A stretch of 64,000 bases of DNA. Origin: Candidatus Kuenenia stuttgartensis (lineage in GTDB: Bacteria > Planctomycetota > Planctomycetia > Planctomycetales > Planctomycetaceae). The translations under genes were made by a program, and so were the position numbers. Below, piece by piece: positions 27,112 through 35,905 of the stretch. Every line of letters begins with the position of its first letter. Position 1 is the stretch's first letter. The notes under the pieces were generated by a model. It ran no database searches, was not told the origin of the DNA, and worked only from the letters and a program-made list of their open reading frames with translations. The stretch covers positions 2,436 to 66,435 of the forward strand of contig CAMDRI010000003.1 in the NCBI GenBank assembly GCA_945906725.1, given 5' to 3'.

Positions 27112-29670
27112 TTATGCCCCGGCCGTCGCTGGTGCGGATGTCGATCCGGACTCGACGAGTTCGCCTTCGGGCTTGGCAGCCTCAGCGGCGGCTTCCGTCG
27201 AACCGTCGAACGCTAAGTGCTTTTGGTCGCCGGTCTCGGTGACTCGGACTGTAATGGTGTCCTTTCCGGCGAAGCTGCCTCGCAGCAACTCCTCGGAGAG
27301 CGGGTCTTCGACCCATTGCTCGACCGACCGGCGGAGCGGGCGAGCGCCGTAGTCCAAGTCGCCACCCTTGTCGATCAAGAACTCGCGAGCTTCATCGGTG
27401 AGCACCAGCTTGAGCTTTCGCTCACTGAGACGCTCGCGGACTTTTACGAGTTCGATCTCGACGATGTTCTTCAGGTTCTCGCGCGTCAGGTGACGGAAGA
27501 CGACGACTTCGTCGATACGGCCCAGGAATTCGGGTTTGAATTCCTTTTCGACTTCCTGCATCAGTCGTGTCTTCATGCCCTGATACGTCGCATCTTCGTC
27601 CTTCTTGGCGAAGCCGAAGCCGCCGCCGGACTTGATGACTTCAGCACCAGTGTTGGTCGTCATGATCAAGATGACGTTTCGGAAGTCGATCTTGCGACCG
27701 AAGCTGTCGGTCAGGTGGCCCTCTTCCATGATCTGCAACAGCATGTTGTAGACGTCCGGGTGAGCCTTCTCGATTTCGTCCAGCAGCACGACGGCGTACG
27801 GGCGGCGGCGAATCTTCTCGGTGAGCTGTCCACCTTCCTCGTAGCCGACGTAGCCCGGAGGGGCACCGATCAGACGGCTGATGTTGTGCTTCTCCATGTA
27901 TTCGGACATGTCGATCTGCACGAGGGCGTCTTCGTCACCGAACATGAATTCGGCGAGCGTCTTCGCCAGCAGCGTTTTGCCGACGCCGGTCGGGCCGCAG
28001 AACAGGAACGCGCCGGTCGGGCGTTTCGGATCTTTCAGGCCGCTGCGGCTGCGACGGACCGCTTTGGAAACTTGCTTGATCGCCTCGTCCTGGCTGATGA
28101 CGCGCTTGTGCATCTCCATTTCCATTTCGAGCAGCCGCACGGTGTCTTCGCTGGACAGCCGAGTCAACGGGATGCCGGTCATCTTGGCGACAACCTCGGC
28201 GATGACTTCGCCATCGACCAATCCGTCGGCTTCCTTGGACTTTTCTTTCCACTCGCGAGTGATCGTGTCCTTCTTCTTCTTGAGCTTGTCGGCCTGATCG
28301 CGAAGCTGAGCGGCTCGCTCAAAGTCTTGGTTGGCGACCGCCTCTTCCTTCGACTGATTGAGCTTCTCGGACTCGACTTCCAGCTCCTTGAGATCGGGCG
28401 GACGAACCATCGACTTCAAGCGGATGCGAGCACCCGCCTCGTCGATGACGTCGATCGCCTTGTCCGGCAGGCAGCGAGCGGTGATGTACCGCTGCGACAG
28501 TTCGACGGCCTTCTCCAAGGCATCGTCGGTGTAGGTGACGTGGTGGTGCTCCGCGTACCGCCCGCGCAGTCCCTTGAGGATCAGGATCGCGTGTTCGGGG
28601 CTGGGCGGCTCGATGACGACCGATTGGAAGCGGCGTTCGAGCGCGTGATCCTTCTCGATGTATTTGCGATATTCATCGAGCGTCGTCGCGCCGATGCACT
28701 GCAACTCGCCACGGCTGAGCGCGGGCTTGAGCACGTTGGCCGCGTCGATCGCGCCTTCGGCTCCACCGGCTCCGACCAGCGTGTGAAGTTCGTCGATGAA
28801 CAGGATCGTGTTCTTCGCGCGGCGAACTTCGTTCATGACGGCTTTGATGCGCTCTTCAAACTGGCCGCGATACTTTGTGCCGGCGACCATCATGGCGAGG
28901 TCAAGCACGACGATTCGCCGATCACGCAGCAGTTCGGGGACGTTGTTATCGACTACCATCTGGGCAAAGCCCTCGACGATGGCGGTCTTGCCGACGCCCG
29001 CTTCGCCGAGCAACACCGGGTTGTTCTTCTGGCGGCGAATGAGAATCTGGATGACTCGTTCGATTTCGTTCTCACGGCCGATGACCGGGTCGAGTTTCCC
29101 TTGGCGAGCCAATTCCGTCAGGTCGCGACCGAAGCTGTCGAGGGCGGGCGTCTTGCTCTTGCCCTGTTTCTGGCCCTGCGCGCCGCCACCTCCACCGCCG
29201 GAGGTCCGTTCGGTTTGCTCGCCCCCTTCTACGCCGTGGCCGAGCAGATTGAGCACCTCTTCGCGGACGTCTTCCAATTTCAAGCTGAGGTTCATCAGCA
29301 CTTGAGCCGCGACCCCCTCTTGCTCGCGCAGCAGGCCGAGTAGCAGGTGCTCGGTGCCGACGTAGTTGTGATTCAGGTTGCGAGCCTCTTCCATCGCATA
29401 TTCGATGACTTTTTTAGCTCGCGGCGTTTGCGGCAGCTTGCCCATCGTGACCATGTCCGGCCCCGATTGGACGATTTTTTCGACTTCAAGGCGAATCTTA
29501 CGGAGATCAACGTCGAGCCGCTTCAAGACGTTAGCGGCGACGCCCGAACCCTCTTTGACCAAGCCCAGTAGGACGTGCTCGGTGCCAATGTATTCGTGGT
29601 TGAAGCGCTGCGCCTCTTGATTGGCCAACTGCATCACTTTGCGAGCACGGTCAGTGAATCGCTCGTACAT
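27112..29670 (-). CDS. clpC: ATP-dependent Clp protease ATP-binding subunit ClpC (852 aa)
   Basis: Trimmed to ATG 29670 ([37 protein letters not shown]), with GAGGAGAAA upstream. It has a double Clp_N repeat, two AAA+ modules ([25 protein letters not shown]) and a UVR-like linker. Confidence 0.95.
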   Translation of the reverse strand: MYERFTDRARKVMQLANQEAQRFNHEYIGTEHVLLGLVKEGSGVAANVLKRLDVDLRKIRLEVEKIVQSGPDMVTMGKLPQTPRAKKVIEYAMEEARNLNHNYVGTEHLLLGLLREQEGVAAQVLMNLSLKLEDVREEVLNLLGHGVEGGEQTERTSGGGGGGAQGQKQGKSKTPALDSFGRDLTELARQGKLDPVIGRENEIERVIQILIRRQKNNPVLLGEAGVGKTAIVEGFAQMVVDNNVPELLRDRRIVVLDLAMMVAGTKYRGQFEERIKAVMNEVRRAKNTILFIDELHTLVGAGGAEGAIDAANVLKPALSRGELQCIGATTLDEYRKYIEKDHALERRFQSVVIEPPSPEHAILILKGLRGRYAEHHHVTYTDDALEKAVELSQRYITARCLPDKAIDVIDEAGARIRLKSMVRPPDLKELEVESEKLNQSKEEAVANQDFERAAQLRDQADKLKKKKDTITREWKEKSKEADGLVDGEVIAEVVAKMTGIPLTRLSSEDTVRLLEMEMEMHKRVISQDEAIKQVSKAVRRSRSGLKDPKRPTGAFLFCGPTGVGKTLLAKTLAEFMFGDEDALVQIDMSEYMEKHNISRLIGAPPGYVGYEEGGQLTEKIRRRPYAVVLLDEIEKAHPDVYNMLLQIMEEGHLTDSFGRKIDFRNVILIMTTNTGAEVIKSGGGFGFAKKDEDATYQGMKTRLMQEVEKEFKPEFLGRIDEVVVFRHLTRENLKNIVEIELVKVRERLSERKLKLVLTDEAREFLIDKGGDLDYGARPLRRSVEQWVEDPLSEELLRGSFAGKDTITVRVTETGDQKHLAFDGSTEAAAEAAKPEGELVESGSTSAPATAGA

Positions 29671-30019
29671 TCCGTTTCTCCTCAAGGCCTCGTCAGCGGG
29701 TATCGTCCCGTGTCGCGGTGGGTTTTCAGAATCCGTTCTGATGTCTTGTTCATGGTTTGTTTTTCGCCCGGGAGGGAAAGACGTCAAGTCGAGAAAACCG
29801 ATTCAACCGATCTCCCGTCAATTTTTCTTCCAATTCCTCCGTGGTGAACTTTTGGGCTGGGGCCAGAGTCTAGCTCGCGAAACAGGGTCGCAACTGAGCC
29901 ATTTTTCCGAAATTGGCAGCCGCGCGGACAGAATGCACACCCCGCGCCACCGGCCTTGATTTTGGTCCCTGTTGCTCGCTGACAATCCCTTCTTGCGGCA
30001 ACCGGCCGGGAGACCAAAC

Positions 30020-30046
30020 GGCTCAAGCAGTTGAGCCACTTTTTTC
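30020..30046 (+). terminator. orphan intrinsic-terminator-like hairpin in the clpC upstream region
   Basis: The read is GGCTCAA-GCAG-TTGAGCC followed by ACTTTTTTCTC on the + strand. No + strand gene ends upstream of it. Confidence 0.45.
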
Positions 30047-30232
30047 TCGGTCACTGGTCGCGGCGGGAGTGTAGTTCCTGCCCCAGAAGGGCGGCAAGGT
30101 AGCCCTGCCGCGTGTGGCGACCCCAGAGCGTCCTTGCCCTGCCACGCCATGGATGGCAACATCAAACGGAGACGACTTCCAACCTCGCTGGCGACGCCGG
30201 CAAGAACTCAGGCGCTGGCAGACTCTGGATTT

Positions 30233-30892
30233 TCACGGTTTGCCCGCTGCCAGCGGCGAAAGCAACGGAGCAACCGCGATGCGGTCGAACTCCATGAGGT
30301 CGTCTGCCAAAAGCGATTCTTCGAGAAAAGCGAACACGTCCGCGTGCGAGACGATCGTTGGATTCTGTGAGCCTGACGCGATCTCAGTCGCCTTATAGAT
30401 TGGCGAGCCTGACGAATTGCCGACGTCACTGGCCATCTCGCCGCTCTGGTAGAAGTGCAGCGCCGGCGAATTGGTCGTCGCTCGGCAAGCGAGCGGCTCA
30501 GCCGGCTTTTGCAGCACGTCGATTCCGGAAAACGCGGTCGCGAAATGTTGGCCTGCGATCGGTAACGCTTCGAGTGTCCCAATCGGGACCGCTGCAAATA
30601 CCTGCTGGCACAGAAGGTGGGCGGCAAACAATTCCTCCAAAACCGGACGTGCGACTCGCGCAGCCAAAATGACCGACGGCTGAGATTCCTCCAAGATCTC
30701 CGTCAACTGCCCGCCGACGCTCACCAACCCCGGCATCTCCGGGTCTGCATGCGGTGTGTCGACAAACAGCAGCGGCATCAGACCTGCGATTACGGCTTTC
30801 ACATGCGCTGTCAGATCGACGTGCGGTCCCTGTTCCGTCGCCAGCAAGCGCGGAATCTGTGGGATGTCGTCGAGAGTCAGCGGTCGAATCAT
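30233..30892 (-). CDS. hypothetical protein (219 aa)
   Basis: ORF 30233..31171 trimmed to ATG 30892 (MIRPLTLDDIPQIPRLL), with GAGAGG upstream. The longer N-terminal extension runs through a palindromic repeat and is rejected. G/C at codon position 3 is good. No family recognised. Confidence 0.55.
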   Translation of the reverse strand: MIRPLTLDDIPQIPRLLATEQGPHVDLTAHVKAVIAGLMPLLFVDTPHADPEMPGLVSVGGQLTEILEESQPSVILAARVARPVLEELFAAHLLCQQVFAAVPIGTLEALPIAGQHFATAFSGIDVLQKPAEPLACRATTNSPALHFYQSGEMASDVGNSSGSPIYKATEIASGSQNPTIVSHADVFAFLEESLLADDLMEFDRIAVAPLLSPLAAGKP

Positions 30893-31060
30893 GGAACCTC
30901 TCGCTGGAACGGAAGGGCAAGCCGAATAACCTGCACCACAAATCGACGGCTGGAAACGGGCGAGCGGCATCGGCCTGCCAGCTTTCCAAACTGGGGCGGC
31001 GTTCGTTCGTGTTGGGCTAGTCGCGTTGCCTTTTGGCAACTTCGACTTGCGGGCCTCACG

Positions 31061-31138
31061 AACCCGAAGTGTCAGCGAGGGCGAGTGCTCCAAACTCGCA
31101 GCCATCGGGAGCGTTCGCCCTCGCTGACGCTTCGGGTT
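31061..31138. repeat. palindromic repeat element PE-1, copy A (24-bp arms, 30-nt loop)
   Basis: The arms are aacccgaagtgtcagcgagggcga (31061..31084) and tcgccctcgctgacgcttcgggtt (31115..31138). Only one position is non-Watson-Crick (T/G). Confidence 0.9.
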
Positions 31139-31187
31139 AAATTCCTGGCGGGTTGAAAACCTGTGCCCCACGAATCCGGAGCCACTG

Positions 31188-32477
31188 ATGCCGATGTCCC
31201 GCGAACGCAGCCAAGCTCAATTCCAGCGAGCCTTGAAGTCGATCCCTGGCGGAGTGAACAGCCCCGCCCGCGCGTTCGGAGCGGTCGGCGGCGAGCCGTT
31301 GTTCATCCATCGTGCCGACGGCGCGTACCTCTGGGATTTGGATGGCAACAAACTGATCGACTTTGTCGGCTCGTGGGGTCCGCACATTCTGGGACATCGA
31401 CATCCCGCCGTCCTCGCGGCCATCGAAGACGCGCTGACGCGCGGCACGAGCTTCGGCGCTCCGACCGAACTCGAATCGGAACTCGCCGAACTCGTGATCG
31501 CCGCAGTCCCATCGATCCAAAAAGTCCGCATGGTCAGCTCCGGCACCGAAGCCACGATGAGCGCAATTCGTGTCGCTCGCGGATTCACCGGCCGAGATAA
31601 AATCATCAAGTTCGCGGGCTGCTATCACGGCCACGTCGATTCGTTGCTGGTCAAAGCGGGCAGCGGAGCGTTGACGCTCGGCGTGCCGTCGAGTCCCGGT
31701 GTGCCTGCCGGCTGCACCGCCGACACGATCGCCCTGGAGTTCAACGATCCGAACGCACTGGCCGACACGTTTGCGGCTCAAGGCGACAAAATCGCAGCCG
31801 TGATTCTCGAACCGGTCGTCGGCAACATGGGGGTCGTCGTGCCTCAACCGGGATTCCTCGAAGCCTGCCGCGAACTCTGCACGAAGTACGGTGCCGTTTT
31901 GATCTTCGACGAAGTCATGACTGGCTTCCGACTGTCGTTCGGCGGGGCTCAAGAGCTATTCAAGATCACGCCCGACCTGACGACGCTCGGAAAAATCATC
32001 GGCGGCGGAATGCCCGTCGGAGCCTACGGCGGCCGAGCCGACATCATGGCGAAGGTCTCACCCGCCGGCCCGGTCTATCAAGCCGGCACGCTCTCCGGCA
32101 ATCCGCTGGCGATGGCCTGCGGCATCGCGACGCTGCGAACGCTGCGCGAATCGAATCCGTATTCCTCACTGGCTGCGAAGACCGAACGACTCACTCGCGG
32201 CCTCAGCGACGCCGCGTCTGCCGCCAGAATCGCTCACACACTGCCGCATGTCGGCAGCATGTTCACGCTCTTCTTTAATCCCGATCCAGTGACGAATAAC
32301 ACGGTCGCCGGCCGCAGCGACACGAACCTCTTCGCCCGCTATTTCTGGGGCCTGATCGAGCACGGCGTCTACCTGCCGTGCAGCCAATTCGAGGCGAATT
32401 TCGTTTCGGCTGCTCATTCCGACGCCGACATCGACGCGACAATCGCGTCAGCAAAGGACGTTTTGCGGACGCTGTGA
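31188..32477 (+). CDS. hemL: glutamate-1-semialdehyde 2,1-aminomutase (429 aa)
   Basis: The sequence [30 protein letters not shown]... and the PLP-lysine region [18 protein letters not shown] are typical HemL from end to end. GGAG lies 7 nt upstream. Confidence 0.95.
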   Translation: MPMSRERSQAQFQRALKSIPGGVNSPARAFGAVGGEPLFIHRADGAYLWDLDGNKLIDFVGSWGPHILGHRHPAVLAAIEDALTRGTSFGAPTELESELAELVIAAVPSIQKVRMVSSGTEATMSAIRVARGFTGRDKIIKFAGCYHGHVDSLLVKAGSGALTLGVPSSPGVPAGCTADTIALEFNDPNALADTFAAQGDKIAAVILEPVVGNMGVVVPQPGFLEACRELCTKYGAVLIFDEVMTGFRLSFGGAQELFKITPDLTTLGKIIGGGMPVGAYGGRADIMAKVSPAGPVYQAGTLSGNPLAMACGIATLRTLRESNPYSSLAAKTERLTRGLSDAASAARIAHTLPHVGSMFTLFFNPDPVTNNTVAGRSDTNLFARYFWGLIEHGVYLPCSQFEANFVSAAHSDADIDATIASAKDVLRTL

Positions 32478-32618
32478 ATCGGTCGCAGAACTCGTTTTGA
32501 CACGTTTTGGACTCGCGGCTATCGTCCCGCCGCAATTCGCCGGACGAGGCTCTGTCACGAAGGATCGTGATACACAACCTCGCCTCGGTTTCGATCGCCG
32601 ACAAGGAAGGCAGGCATC

Positions 32619-32960
32619 GTGGTGGGTCACTCGCCGAGCATTTTAGTGGTAGACGGATTGTCGGAAACGACCGCCGTTCTCAAGGCGGTGTTCGAGCCGC
32701 GCGGCCACGCGGTCAACCGCGTCCGCCAATCGCAGTTGCCCAACAGCACGCTGAGTGCGCCGCGCGTCGTGGTCTGGCATGCCAGCGAATCGGATTTCAC
32801 ATCGCTGGCGGCTCGCTTTCAGGGAATCCCTCGGATCTTCATTGGCCGAGCCGACGATCCCGCGCCCGATGCGGAGACTCGACGCTTCGCGCAACCGTTC
32901 GAATACCGCGAACTACTCGGCACGATCGAATCGCTGCTGGCGAAAGCAGACGCTGCCTGA
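32619..32960 (+). CDS. receiver-like (pseudo-receiver) domain protein (113 aa)
   Basis: GTG 32619 has AAGGAAGG 8 nt upstream. The layout is receiver-like (ILVVDGLSETTAVLKAVFE ... PFEYRELLGTIESLL). The phospho-acceptor Asp position reads VVVWHASE and the conserved Lys reads AQPF. Confidence 0.55.
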   Translation: MVGHSPSILVVDGLSETTAVLKAVFEPRGHAVNRVRQSQLPNSTLSAPRVVVWHASESDFTSLAARFQGIPRIFIGRADDPAPDAETRRFAQPFEYRELLGTIESLLAKADAA

Positions 32961-33033
32961 AAAAGCGGTAGCCTGTCGTGAACGATCGGCGTTGATATCA
33001 TGGCTGCGTCGTTGAAACGCAGTGCCGCGAACT

Positions 33034-33090
33034 AACCCGAAGCGTCAGCGAGGGCGAACTCTGAAGACGCCCTCGCTGATGCTTCGGGTT
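33034..33090. repeat. palindromic repeat element PE-1, copy B (23-bp arms, 11-nt loop)
   Basis: The arms are aacccgaagcgtcagcgagggcg (33034..33056) and cgccctcgctgatgcttcgggtt (33068..33090), with one G/T position. Confidence 0.9.
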
Positions 33091-33168
33091 CCAAGTGGGC
33101 TGCGAATCAGCCGGGCTGATTCTCGTCCGCGCGACGATGCCACGTCCGCGTTGCCACGGAGGCGATTT

Positions 33169-34872
33169 GTGCCGAAGGCCACGTTGCTGGTGATCCAGGG
33201 AGCCGATCAAGGGCTGCGCTTCGAGCTGGATGGCGGCGAGGTCACGCTCGGTCGCGGCGCGCTCAATCCGATTCGGCTGCGAGACGACGAAGTCTCCCGC
33301 ACGCACGCCGCTATCCGCTTCGACGAGTCGGCCGGCAGCTTTTTCATCACCGACCGGAACAGTTCCAACGGCACGTTCGTCAACGGTGAGGCGATTCAGA
33401 CTCGCAAGCTGGTCAGCGGTGATCAAGTCGCCGTCGGAACCACGGCGTTCTTGTTTCAAGAGGTCGCGGCTGTTCTCCCCGCGCGAGCGGCGGATCAACT
33501 CGAAGTGTTCGTCGGCGATGACGCTCGCGAGCGTTCCAGCATCATCAGCGAACTCAGTCAAGAAGTCGGACAACAACTGCTCCGCGACGCGACTTCGATC
33601 ATCAAAGCCAGTTCGACGACGCAGACGCTCGCCAATTTGCAGGTGCTGTATCGCATCACCGAAGAGGCGGTCACGCCAACGCTGTCGCTCGACCAACTGC
33701 TGCACCGCATCCTGGAGTTGACCATTGAAGTCGTCGGAGCCGATCGCGGCTGCGTTCTGGTCAATGACCCGCACACCAGCCAGCTCACACCAAAAGCCTT
33801 CAGCCATCGCCGAGGTTTTGCGCCCGGTAGCCCGATGCCAGTCTCACGCAGCATTGTCGATTACGTTCGGAAGAAAGGGCAAGGGGTCCGTACGTCCGAC
33901 GCGCCGCACGATCAGCGGTTTAGTCAGCAGAGCATCATGCAGGCCGGCATCCGCGAGGCGATGTGCGTGCCGATGCAAGGTCGATACGAACTGATGGGTG
34001 TGCTGTATCTCGACACTGCCACGCCGAGCGATCAGCTTCCGCGCCTCGGCCCGGAAGGCTATCGGTTCACCGAAGAGAAGCTGCATTTGCTCGCCGCGAT
34101 CGGCCGGCAAACGGCGCTCGCGGTCGAGGACCATCGCTTCCAAGACGCCTTCCTTAAAGCCGAACGCTTGGCGGCGATCGGACAGACCATCGCGATTCTC
34201 TCGCACCACATCAAAAACATCCTGCAAGGCGTGCGCGGAGGCAGCTACTTGATCGACATGGGCCTGAAACAACACGACGAAGATCTGATCGGCCGCGGCT
34301 GGAAAATCGTCGAAAAAAACCAAGACCGGATTTATCACCTCGTCATGGACATGCTGAGTTACAGCGCCGAGCGAAAACCGGCGTTGCAGGTCGCGAACCT
34401 GAACGAAGTCGTTCGCGATGTGTGTGAGTTGATGGAACCTCGCGCCGCCGAATGCCAAGTCGAACTGACCTGCAAACTCTCCGATCAAGTGCCCGAGAGC
34501 GCGTTCGATTCCGAAGGGATTCACAGGGCCGTGCTCAATATCGTCACGAACGCGATCGAGGCCGTCGAAGGTACGACAGGCGGCCGAGTCACCGTCCAGA
34601 CCGGCTTTGACACGAAGTCGGATGAGCTGGTTGTGTCGGTCCGTGACAATGGCCCCGGAATCCCGGCCGCTCAGCAGGCGATGCTGTTCAACATTTTCGA
34701 ATCGACGAAAGGCTCACGCGGCACGGGACTCGGCTTGGCCGTGTCGCAGAAGATTATTCGCGAACACGGCGGCGATATCTTCGTCGAAAGCCACGAGGGC
34801 GAAGGAGCAACCTTCCGCCTCGTTCTTGCTCGATTGGAAGACGAAGCTGGCTCGGAGATCGTCAAGCGATGA
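33169..34872 (+). CDS. FHA-GAF-histidine kinase (567 aa)
   Basis: ORF 33022..34872 trimmed to the in-frame GTG 33169, with GGAGG 6 nt upstream. The earlier part is repeat PE-1. FHA: TLGRGALNPIRLRDDEVSRTHAAIRF...ITDRNSSNGTFVNGE. GAF: ADRGCVLVND...MGVLYLD. H-box: ILSHHIKNILQGVRG. HATPase: VRDNGPGIP...GTGLGLAVS. Confidence 0.88.
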   Translation: MPKATLLVIQGADQGLRFELDGGEVTLGRGALNPIRLRDDEVSRTHAAIRFDESAGSFFITDRNSSNGTFVNGEAIQTRKLVSGDQVAVGTTAFLFQEVAAVLPARAADQLEVFVGDDARERSSIISELSQEVGQQLLRDATSIIKASSTTQTLANLQVLYRITEEAVTPTLSLDQLLHRILELTIEVVGADRGCVLVNDPHTSQLTPKAFSHRRGFAPGSPMPVSRSIVDYVRKKGQGVRTSDAPHDQRFSQQSIMQAGIREAMCVPMQGRYELMGVLYLDTATPSDQLPRLGPEGYRFTEEKLHLLAAIGRQTALAVEDHRFQDAFLKAERLAAIGQTIAILSHHIKNILQGVRGGSYLIDMGLKQHDEDLIGRGWKIVEKNQDRIYHLVMDMLSYSAERKPALQVANLNEVVRDVCELMEPRAAECQVELTCKLSDQVPESAFDSEGIHRAVLNIVTNAIEAVEGTTGGRVTVQTGFDTKSDELVVSVRDNGPGIPAAQQAMLFNIFESTKGSRGTGLGLAVSQKIIREHGGDIFVESHEGEGATFRLVLARLEDEAGSEIVKR

Positions 34873-34885
34873 AGGATTTCAGCTC

Positions 34886-35335
34886 ATGACGCCCGACGAG
34901 TCCGTCCAGGAACTGCTGCACGGTTGGGCCCAAGGTGATTAATCCGCGGCCGACGAATTCTTTCAGCGTTACGCCTACCGGACTTGGAAATTCGCGGAGA
35001 ATCTGATCGCTCAGCGACTGAAACCGCGGTTTTCCGGCGACGATATCGTGCAATCCGTGTTTCGCACGTTCTTGCGGCGATCGCGCGACGGCGAATTGGA
35101 CGTGCCCGCCTCGGACACAATCTGGCATCTGCTGGTGGCGGTCGCGCACAACAGAATCCGCCGGCAAGTTGCTCATCACTGGATGCAGCGACGCAATGTC
35201 GATCGAGAACGGTCGGCTGTATCGCCAGACTCCGCATCGTCTCCGCTAGAGGAATGGCTCGACGCGGAACCAACGGCTGACGATGCGGCGGTAGACGTTC
35301 GGACCGGCTTTGGAAGACTTCATTCCGGCGCCTGA
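34886..35335 (+). pseudogene. ECF-type sigma-70 factor, interrupted by an in-frame TAA and lacking region 4
   Basis: ATG 34886 has GAAGGA upstream. The read is MTPDESVQELLHGWAQGD-TAA(34940..34942)-SAADEFFQRYAYRTWKFAENLIAQRLKPRFSGDDIVQSVFRTFLRRSRDGELDVPASDTIWHLLVAVAHNRIRRQ, all in one frame. This is the typical ECF region 2 pattern. No recognisable region 4 HTH follows. Confidence 0.7.
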
Positions 35336-35339
35336 CGAC

Positions 35340-35864
35340 TCGTTGCGGCTGCGAGCGCTGATCGAGTAGGTCCGCATTGGTCACCCCCACGACCTTCGCC
35401 GCCTGTCCCCGCTTCCATCCACAATGCAGCAGCCACAAGACCCACAAGCGCCTCCGCACACAAGCCTTCGCGTACGACTCGCGTTCACTGAGCGATCCGT
35501 TGCTCCGCCTTCTTGCGAAAACCTCCACGGTTTTCCTGACCGACAACGTAATCTCTCAAAATCTGGCCTTCCGAGAAATTTCTCATTGGGAACCGCGCGG
35601 TTCGAACCGCCCAAAGCAATTCGCAAACTCGCCCAAAAACTCGCTCAGAGCGGCTCTCAAACTCTCGATCTGTTTGACGGTCATCCTTGACCCCCCAACT
35701 AATTCAACGAATTCTTCGACCAAAAACTTGAAAACCCTATAACTCACAGCAATTTTCGCAAATAGCGCGCGGAAGTAGTAGAAATCGACGGATGCAGCCT
35801 GCAGCATCTTCAGCAGTGCAGCCCGCGACGATCCAAGACGTCTTATCTCTGAAAATGATACCAC
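35340..35864 (-). mobile_element. IS701-family-like transposase 5' remnant (pseudogene) with adjacent AT-rich end
   Basis: From ATG 35684 the read is MTVKQIESLRAALSEFLGEFANCFGRFEPRGSQ-TGA-EISRKARF-TGA-EITLSVRKTVEVFARR...LLHCGW...LLDQR in a single frame. The two in-frame TGAs lie at 35583..35585 and 35556..35558. The pattern F.R.EPR....RK..E..A matches IS701-type N-termini. No DDE domain follows. The lower boundary (~35340) is approximate. Confidence 0.5.
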
Positions 35865-35905
35865 CGTTCATGCGAAGAGCCTCGCGATCGTACTTGAAGG
35901 AGGAC

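Noticed and set aside
27217-29343. 708-aa plus-strand ORF, the longest unexplained ORF in the track.
   Set aside because: It is the antisense shadow of clpC, whose minus-strand translation carries unmistakable double AAA+ motifs. The plus-frame product is low-complexity (Leu/Asp/Val/Arg-rich) with no motifs. Long antisense ORFs are expected in GC-rich DNA.
30893-31171. N-terminal extension of ORF 30233..31171 ([22 protein letters not shown]...SPSLTLRV...).
   Set aside because: The extension is simply the translation of palindromic repeat PE-1 copy A. The internal ATG at 30892 has a GAGAGG ribosome-binding site.
33022-33168. N-terminal extension of the FHA-kinase ORF ([23 protein letters not shown]...).
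   Set aside because: It is a translation of PE-1 copy B. The in-frame GTG at 33169 has GGAGG 6 nt upstream, and the FHA domain begins right after it.
35590-35603. gaaccgcgcggttc, containing a GGTTCGAA-like T-arm motif, checked as a possible tRNA.
   Set aside because: It is a 14-bp perfect palindrome inside the IS701-like coding remnant. No acceptor stem, D-arm or anticodon arm can be built around it.
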